A stretch of DNA of 64,000 nucleotides from Acidobacteriota bacterium (GTDB lineage Bacteria > Acidobacteriota > UBA6911), in assembly GCA_012719455.1 (NCBI GenBank), contig JAAYAJ010000019.1:273-64272 (forward strand). Reading direction: 5' to 3'. This document shows, piece after piece, positions 56,884 through 64,000 of this stretch. The stretch's first letter is position 1, and each line of letters begins with the position of its first letter. A program made the translations under genes and the position numbers. A model generated the notes under the pieces. The model had not been told where the DNA came from and did no database searches. It worked only from the letters and a program-made list of their open reading frames with translations.

Positions 56884-57876
56884 CTAGCGCTTCGCGGGAG
56901 GCTCCGCTTCGGGCGGCACGGCCGCGGAGCGCTCCTTGAGTTCGATGTACATCTTCTGCACATTGGCCGGGAAGAAATTCTGGAAACGCCAAGCGGCGTA
57001 CGCCGCCGGGACCTCGATCGTACCGACAGCCTGTTGCAGGCTGTCCCCCCGATCCACCGCCGGCCGCACCAGCTCCTCGAGATCGTGCAGGTAGCGCCTG
57101 AAGGCACGCACGTCCTCCCGGGAGCCGACCGCGCCGTGCCCGGGGACGAAGGTGTCGGCGTCAAGCGCCAGGAGCGCGTCGACGGTGGCTCCCCATTCGA
57201 GCACGCGCGCGTCCTCGACGTTGGGGATCGCCCGGTTGAAAAAAAGGTCGCCCGCAAAGACGATCTTCTCCCCGGGGAGATGGAGGACGACGTCTCCTTG
57301 CGTGTGCCCCGCACCCAGGTAAAGCAGCCGGATCTCGCGTCCCCCCTCGCGGATTGCGAGCCCCCGCTCGAAGGTGACCTGCGGGGGTAGGATCCTGAGA
57401 CGGGAAAGAGTGTCCCGGTACTGCTGCTGCTGCCGCAGGCGCGTGCGCTCGTCGGCGGAACCGGGAAGCGCTGCGCCCAGCGCCCGGAGCTGACTCTCGG
57501 CGGAGGCCAGCGCTCGCTCCCAGGCGGGCAGGTCCACCTCGATCACGTCCCGCCGCGCACGGTCGCTCCCGACCAGGTGCGCCCCCGGGAACGCCTGGTT
57601 CCCGTGGGTGTGGTCGGTGTGCCCGTGGCTGTTCACCACGTAGCGTACCGGCCGATCGGTGACCGCGCGAATGGCGGTGCGCAGTTCCTCCCCCGCCTCG
57701 GGGGTGAAATGGGTGTCGAACACCACGACCGAGTGCTCCAGCACCACGAAACCCGAGTTGGCGACCGCGTTCCCATCGGGGCTGACTACCCGCGCGTATA
57801 CCCCTTCGGCGATCTGGGCGATCTCAGGAGGCTCCGCCGCCGGCAGGCCGAGCGCCAGCAGCAGCACAGCCAGCAC
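56884..57876 (-). CDS. MBL-fold metallo-hydrolase, exported
   Basis: VVNSHGHTDHTHGN (HxHxDH) and later GHG. The start is uncertain: a better signal peptide would begin upstream, but no canonical start codon is there. Confidence 0.8.
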   Translation of the reverse strand: MLAVLLLALGLPAAEPPEIAQIAEGVYARVVSPDGNAVANSGFVVLEHSVVVFDTHFTPEAGEELRTAIRAVTDRPVRYVVNSHGHTDHTHGNQAFPGAHLVGSDRARRDVIEVDLPAWERALASAESQLRALGAALPGSADERTRLRQQQQYRDTLSRLRILPPQVTFERGLAIREGGREIRLLYLGAGHTQGDVVLHLPGEKIVFAGDLFFNRAIPNVEDARVLEWGATVDALLALDADTFVPGHGAVGSREDVRAFRRYLHDLEELVRPAVDRGDSLQQAVGTIEVPAAYAAWRFQNFFPANVQKMYIELKERSAAVPPEAEPPAKR

Positions 57877-57927
57877 GGCAAACGGGAATGGGCGGGCGCG
57901 GGCTCTGTCTGAAATAACGCACCCCCC

Positions 57928-59091
<1,164 letters not shown>

Positions 59092-59137
59092 GCAGATTCC
59101 GGCTCCCGCCGGGCAGCCCCGGCGGGAGCCTCTCCCC

Positions 59138-60268
59138 TTACCGGAACCTTATGGTCGTGTCCCGGCCGATGTTCAGGTCCATGGTCAGCGACGTCTTGGG
59201 GTAATTGGGAACCGGCACCGTCGTCACCAGCCTCAGGATGCTGATATTGAGCCGGTATTCGCCCGGAGGCACCGGGCGCTCGAAGCGGCAGCTCCCGTGG
59301 TTCCCCTCCGTCAGGATCGGGGTCGATTCATACCGCCCCGAGGCCCCCTCGAGCACGAACTTGAACCCGTCGAGCCGGTCCATCTTCCAGTCCCCGGACA
59401 GCTTGTTGATGTTGACGTTGATGGTCTTGGGCGCCCTCTTGGCTTCATCCGTCTTCCGGTCCCCTTCAGCCCGCTTCCCCGCCTGCTCGCGGGCATCCCC
59501 CATCCACTGGGCCTCGAGCTCGGCCAGCCGCCCTGCGGATTTCATCCGCTCGATGGTGGCGTTGATTTTGGCGAGCAGCTCGGTTTCCGATTTCAGCACC
59601 GCCACCGCGTACGAGTACTTGTTGACGAGGGTGGGCAGCACGTTCGTGTTGGGATAGCTCTGGGCGCTGCTGTAGGTGATGAAGGGCTCGTCCCCGACCA
59701 CAGCGTCGACCTCCGTGCGGTTCAGCGCTCCCAGCGCGTCGTCGAGCGTCGGGTACGGCTTGATGGTAACCCCGGTCTGGGCCGCCATGAGGGCCTCCCC
59801 CGGGTGCCCTTCCGCAACGCCCACCGTCTTGCCCGACAGGCCGGCCAGGTCCGTGATGTCGAATTCGCTGCGCTGGTAGGCGATGACGTCGCCCGTCTCA
59901 TAGTAGGGGATCGAATAGGCGAACTCGGTCTCGCGGGCCGGATCGATCGCCACCGAGGAGAGGATGAGTTCGGCCTGCCCCTCCTTCATGACCTCGTACA
60001 TCCGGTTGACACCCGACAGCTTGATCCACCGGACTTCATAGCCCAAGTCCTTGGCGATCTCGTTGCCGATGTCGACGCCGAATCCCTGGACCCCCGTCCC
60101 GTCGCCGAACTCGAAAGGCGCGTTCACGGCAAAAGTCAGGATGCGCACCGCCTTGTTTTTCGCCATGCTTTCCGCGGCGGGCGGAATCAGGTCTTTCTTC
60201 TCGCCGCCGCAACCGACGACCGTACACACTACGATTGCCATCAAAATCAGGTATTTTACGCTTCGCAC
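59138..60268 (-). CDS. Amino-acid-type ABC substrate-binding lipoprotein (SBP_bac_3-like) with a ~95-aa C-terminal extension
   Basis: Lipobox TVVGC. FGVDIGNEIAKDLG...LILSSVAIDPAR...Y follows the SBP family 3 pattern. Residues ~281-376 are unrelated extra sequence. Confidence 0.7.
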   Translation of the reverse strand: MRSVKYLILMAIVVCTVVGCGGEKKDLIPPAAESMAKNKAVRILTFAVNAPFEFGDGTGVQGFGVDIGNEIAKDLGYEVRWIKLSGVNRMYEVMKEGQAELILSSVAIDPARETEFAYSIPYYETGDVIAYQRSEFDITDLAGLSGKTVGVAEGHPGEALMAAQTGVTIKPYPTLDDALGALNRTEVDAVVGDEPFITYSSAQSYPNTNVLPTLVNKYSYAVAVLKSETELLAKINATIERMKSAGRLAELEAQWMGDAREQAGKRAEGDRKTDEAKRAPKTINVNINKLSGDWKMDRLDGFKFVLEGASGRYESTPILTEGNHGSCRFERPVPPGEYRLNISILRLVTTVPVPNYPKTSLTMDLNIGRDTTIRFR

Positions 60269-60382
60269 ACCTACCTCCCAGAAACGATATACAGGAATCC
60301 TTCAAACCAGCGACCAGCTCGGCCGCACGTATTCTAGCCAATCTACTCCCGGGACTAAAGCTTTTTCAGCCGGGCGCGCAGG

Positions 60383-60880
60383 TTACAGGTCCCTTTCCAT
60401 CACCCAGGCGTCCTCGACCGGGTTGCTGTAATAGTTGGCCCGTGTCCCCGAAATCCCGAAACCATGGGCGCGGTAGAACTGAATGGCGCGCTGGTTCGAT
60501 TTTCTCACCTCGAGCAAGCAGCGCGTACAACATCGGCGCGTACCCTCGGCCCGACAGGCGTCCATCAGCCGCGTTCCGATACCCAAGCGCTGAAATTCCG
60601 GCAACACCCCCAGCTTGAGCAGCTCAAGATCACCATCGACGGCGCGCGCCAGGTAAAACCCGGCTAGGCGCACCGCCCCTCCATCGGGGAGCACCACCGC
60701 CTTGGCCCCGAAATATCCCGGGATCTCCTCGAGAAACCTCCGGTAGCTGTCCGCTCCCCAGAAGGTGAGGCTTGTCCGCTCCTCAAGCGGCCCGAGTTCC
60801 TCCAGGTCCTCCACACCCAGGCGGGCCAGGTAGCAGCAAGCGGCGGCGTCAATGTTAGCGGCGTTGATTTCGGACAGCAT
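60383..60880 (-). CDS. rimI: Ribosomal-protein-alanine N-acetyltransferase (GNAT)
   Basis: LGVLPEFQRLGIGTRLM acetyl-CoA motif, C-terminal YY...EDAWVM, and a position immediately after tsaB. Confidence 0.8.
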   Translation of the reverse strand: MLSEINAANIDAAACCYLARLGVEDLEELGPLEERTSLTFWGADSYRRFLEEIPGYFGAKAVVLPDGGAVRLAGFYLARAVDGDLELLKLGVLPEFQRLGIGTRLMDACRAEGTRRCCTRCLLEVRKSNQRAIQFYRAHGFGISGTRANYYSNPVEDAWVMERDL

Positions 60881-61562
60881 CGGGAGGCCTTATGTACAGG
60901 GGCTCCGCCGTCGGTGCATCCCCCGTTTGCCAATACCTTCGGCGCCGGAGCGCCAGACGGCCGACGCCGGCAGCCAGGAACAGGTCCGCGGGGACCCGGC
61001 GCGGCCATCCGTCCTCCCGGGGGATCCCTTCCCACCGGGCCGCGTCCAGATCGGCCACCACATGAGCGTGCCTCCGGGCGAGAGTGCGTTCAAGCTCCGG
61101 AAGGTCGAGCAGCACCGGCCGCCCCGATCGGACCGGCCAGCCGCTCGGGCAGGTGTAGGCGCCGTAATAGACCTGGTCGCGTTGCGCGTCGAGCACAACG
61201 CCGATCTCCCCCCCGAGCCAGGCGGCCTGCCAGGCCAGCACGTCGAGCCCCGGGACACCGGCAAACGGGATCGCGAGCGACTGGGAAAGCCCCAACGCCG
61301 TACTGATGCCGACCCGGATGCCCGTGAAGGACCCCGGCCCGGTACCGGCGGCGACCAGGCCCAGGTCCCCGAGTCTCCAGCCGGCGCGCTCGAGCAGGAA
61401 CTCGACCGAATGGAGGAGCGTGGCCGAGTGCCCCAGCGGGGAGCGCGTCCGGATCTCAGCCCGCACTTCGCTCCCCTCGAGCAGGGCGACGCTGCCGCAC
61501 ACCGACGAGGTGTCCAGAGCCAGCGTTTTCAGGGTATCGCTCATGGGCATCATCATTGACAA
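60855..61562 (-). CDS. tsaB: tRNA threonylcarbamoyladenosine biosynthesis protein TsaB
   Basis: LALDTSS..GSVALL and GTGPGSFTGIRVGI. Several in-frame ATGs lie between 61544 and 61562. Confidence 0.85.
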   Translation of the reverse strand: MSMMMPMSDTLKTLALDTSSVCGSVALLEGSEVRAEIRTRSPLGHSATLLHSVEFLLERAGWRLGDLGLVAAGTGPGSFTGIRVGISTALGLSQSLAIPFAGVPGLDVLAWQAAWLGGEIGVVLDAQRDQVYYGAYTCPSGWPVRSGRPVLLDLPELERTLARRHAHVVADLDAARWEGIPREDGWPRRVPADLFLAAGVGRLALRRRRYWQTGDAPTAEPLYIRPPDAVRNQRR

Positions 61563-61685
61563 CCGCAGGACTTGGATTATATACTGTAGCCTCTTTCAGC
61601 TCAAGGTTTTGTGCCCGAATTTCGCAGCCGGTTCCAGCTGCGGGCCAACGAAGTGACATCCCGGCGGATCGACAATCATAACAAA

Positions 61686-64000
61686 ATGAGCGCAAACAAA
61701 GACCTCACCCCGATGATGAAGCAGTACCACGAGGTCAAGCGGCGCTACCCCGACAAGCTGGTCTTTTTCCGCCTGGGCGATTTCTACGAGATGTTCTACG
61801 AGGACGCCGTCCAGGCGTCCCGCGACCTGGAAATCACCCTCACCTCGCGCAACCGGGACAAGAGCGGCGCTCCCATCCCCATGTGCGGGGTCCCCTACCA
61901 TTCCGTCGACGGCTACATCGCCCGGCTCATGAAAAAGGGGCACAAGATCGCCATCTGCGAACAGGTGGAAGACCCCCGCAACACCAAAAAGCTGATCCAG
62001 CGCGAGGTCACGCGGGTCCTGACCCCGGGAACGGTCGTGGAGGAGCTGCTCCTGGAGCCGAAGGACCACAATTACCTGTGCAGCTTCATCACGACGCCGC
62101 AGGGGGTGGGGCTCGCCTTCATGGACTTGTCTACCGCCGATTTCCTCGCCACCGAATTCCTAGGGGAGGATGCCTGGGCCCGGGCCCTCGACGAGTTGAC
62201 CCGATTCGGGCCGAAGGAAATTCTCCTGCCCGAAATATCGGGCGAGGAACTGGACCGAAAGCTCCGGGCGGAGTGGTCCGATCAATGGGTGGCAAGCCTT
62301 CTGGACGACTGGGCCTATAACCGCGATTATGCCGAGAGGATACTGCTCGAACACTTCGGCGTCGCCAGCCTGGACGGCTTCGGCGCCGCCGGCCGGTCGC
62401 TGGCGCTCGCCGCCGCCGGCGCACTGATCCATTACCTGCGCGACAGCCAGCTCGGGGCGCTCGGGAAGGTGGCGGAACTCCGCTTTTTCGAACCTTCCGA
62501 TTTCATGAAGCTCGACACCTCCACGGTCGTCAACCTGGAGCTGGTAGCCACCATGGACGGCTCGAGGAAGGGATCGCTCCTGTCCCTGCTCGACCGGACC
62601 CGCACGGGAATGGGCGCCCGGCTGCTCAAGAGCCGGCTGCTGCTCCCCCTCCTGGACGTGCCGGAACTCGAGCGGCGGCTCGACTGTGTCGCCGCCTTCT
62701 CTGAAGCCGGCGCCACGCTGGGGCGGCTCACCGAACTCCTGGGTGGGATCCTCGACCTGGAGCGGCTGATCAGCCGCGTCTGCGCCGGAATCGCCAACCC
62801 CCGCGAGCTGGTGGCGCTGGCCCAGTCCCTCCGGACGGCCGCCGCGCTGGAGCCGCTCCTGGCGGAGTTTCGCGCCGCCCGCCTCGAGGAAATCCGCGCC
62901 GAAATCGACCCGGTGGAGGACGCCTGCCGGCTGATCGAACAGGCGATCGCCGACGATCCTCCCTCCTCGGCCGCGGAACCGGGCATCATCCGCCCGGGCT
63001 ACTCGGCGGAAATCGATGAACTGCGCTCCATCCGCCATAGCGGCAAGGGCTACATCGCCGGCCTCGAGGCGCGTGAACGCCAGGGCACCGGGATCGCCTC
63101 CCTCAAGGTAAAGTTCAACCAGGTCTTCGGCTACTTCATCGAGGTCACCCGGCCGAACCTCCACCTCGTCCCGCCCCATTACATCCGCAAGCAGACCCTG
63201 GTCAACAGCGAGCGCTTCGTCACCGACGAACTCCAGGCCTACGAGGAAAAGGTCCTGGGGGCGGAGGAACGGATCGCCGTGATCGAAAAAGAGCTCTTTG
63301 CCGGGATCCGCAAGGCGGTCGCACTCGAGGGAGCGCGCGTCCAGGCCACCGCGCGCCTGGTCGGGGAACTGGACGTCTACGCGGCGCTGGCCCTGTCCGC
63401 GCTCGAAAACGATTACGTCCGCCCGACCCTCACAGACGGGGACGAAATCGAGATCCGCGGGGGGCGCCATCCAGTGGTGGAACTGGAGAGCCGTCCCTTC
63501 ATCCCCAACGACCTCCTCCTGAACTGCTCGACCGATCAGCTCGCGATCCTGACCGGCCCCAACATGGGGGGGAAGTCGACCTACCTCCGGCAGACGGCCC
63601 TGATCGTCATCATGGCGCAGATGGGCTCGTTCGTGCCCGCCCGGGAAGCGCGGATCGGGTGCGTGGACCGCATCTACACCCGCGTCGGGGCCTCCGACAA
63701 CCTGGCCCGCGGACGCTCCACCTTCATGGTCGAGATGATCGAGACGGCCAACATCCTGAACACCTCCACCCCGCGCAGCCTGATCCTGCTCGACGAGGTC
63801 GGCCGCGGCACCGCCACCTTCGACGGGCTTTCGCTGGCGTGGGCGATCGCCGAATACCTGATCCAGGACTCCGGGCACCGGCCCAAGACCCTGTTCGCCA
63901 CCCACTACCACGAACTGACCAAGCTGGCCGATGTGCACCCCGGGGTCAAGAACCTGTGCATGGCCATCGAGGAAGCGGGGCAATCGATCGTCTTTCTGCG
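61686..64000 (+). CDS. mutS: DNA mismatch repair protein MutS (3' truncated by the window end)
   Basis: TPMMKQYHEVKRRYPD.LVFFRLGDFYEMFYEDA, Walker A GPNMGGKSTYLRQ, STFMVEM, and DEVGRGT. The frame is open to nt 64000. Confidence 0.95.
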   Translation, partial: MSANKDLTPMMKQYHEVKRRYPDKLVFFRLGDFYEMFYEDAVQASRDLEITLTSRNRDKSGAPIPMCGVPYHSVDGYIARLMKKGHKIAICEQVEDPRNTKKLIQREVTRVLTPGTVVEELLLEPKDHNYLCSFITTPQGVGLAFMDLSTADFLATEFLGEDAWARALDELTRFGPKEILLPEISGEELDRKLRAEWSDQWVASLLDDWAYNRDYAERILLEHFGVASLDGFGAAGRSLALAAAGALIHYLRDSQLGALGKVAELRFFEPSDFMKLDTSTVVNLELVATMDGSRKGSLLSLLDRTRTGMGARLLKSRLLLPLLDVPELERRLDCVAAFSEAGATLGRLTELLGGILDLERLISRVCAGIANPRELVALAQSLRTAAALEPLLAEFRAARLEEIRAEIDPVEDACRLIEQAIADDPPSSAAEPGIIRPGYSAEIDELRSIRHSGKGYIAGLEARERQGTGIASLKVKFNQVFGYFIEVTRPNLHLVPPHYIRKQTLVNSERFVTDELQAYEEKVLGAEERIAVIEKELFAGIRKAVALEGARVQATARLVGELDVYAALALSALENDYVRPTLTDGDEIEIRGGRHPVVELESRPFIPNDLLLNCSTDQLAILTGPNMGGKSTYLRQTALIVIMAQMGSFVPAREARIGCVDRIYTRVGASDNLARGRSTFMVEMIETANILNTSTPRSLILLDEVGRGTATFDGLSLAWAIAEYLIQDSGHRPKTLFATHYHELTKLADVHPGVKNLCMAIEEAGQSIVFL

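Overview
This is a high-GC (roughly 65% by eye) bacterial chromosomal window. Nearly all of it is tightly packed housekeeping genes from an organism with an outer membrane.

Recognisable core content:
- Envelope: lptE, a fused lptF/lptG, lpxD, murJ, and a complete tolQ-tolR-tolA-like-tolB-pal-ybgF cluster.
- DNA metabolism: rnhB, holA, recO, recN, xerD, ssb, mutS.
- Translation and RNA modification: glyQ, glyS, rpsT, map, miaB, tsaB, rimI.
- Lipid and cofactor metabolism: psd, pssA, lipB, lpdA, folB.
- Others: ppdK, a myo-inositol-phosphate synthase, a BshA-like glycosyltransferase, three scattered complex-I genes (nuoB, nuoD, nuoI), and three tRNA genes (Lys-UUU, Glu-UUC, Leu-CAG).

I saw no rRNA, no CRISPR array and no intact IS element or transposase.

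The one clearly accessory segment is the first ~3.6 kb. It is visibly AT-rich and looks like the distal end of an Rhs-type polymorphic-toxin locus:
- the 3' end of a larger ORF whose tip carries an HExxH motif;
- an orphan Rhs core-end plus toxin-tip cassette interrupted by an in-frame stop;
- small exported ORFs placed like immunity genes;
- a third, frameshifted Rhs core remnant joined to a decayed tyrosine-recombinase C-terminus that runs into tRNA-Lys.

I do not recognise any of the tip or immunity sequences, so this is the best candidate for something undescribed.

Elsewhere the notable items are unusual architectures rather than new systems:
- a Fur-family regulator with a ~170-aa C-terminal helical extension, coupled to nuoI;
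- nuoB-nuoD with no nuoC between them, and a ~45-aa insertion in NuoD;
- a single-polypeptide LptF-LptG;
- Pal with an extra Ig-like module;
- a solute-binding protein with a C-terminal extension and no transporter partners.

All calls rest on motif and family recognition by eye. No searches were run. Start codons are often uncertain, and promoter and terminator calls are low confidence.
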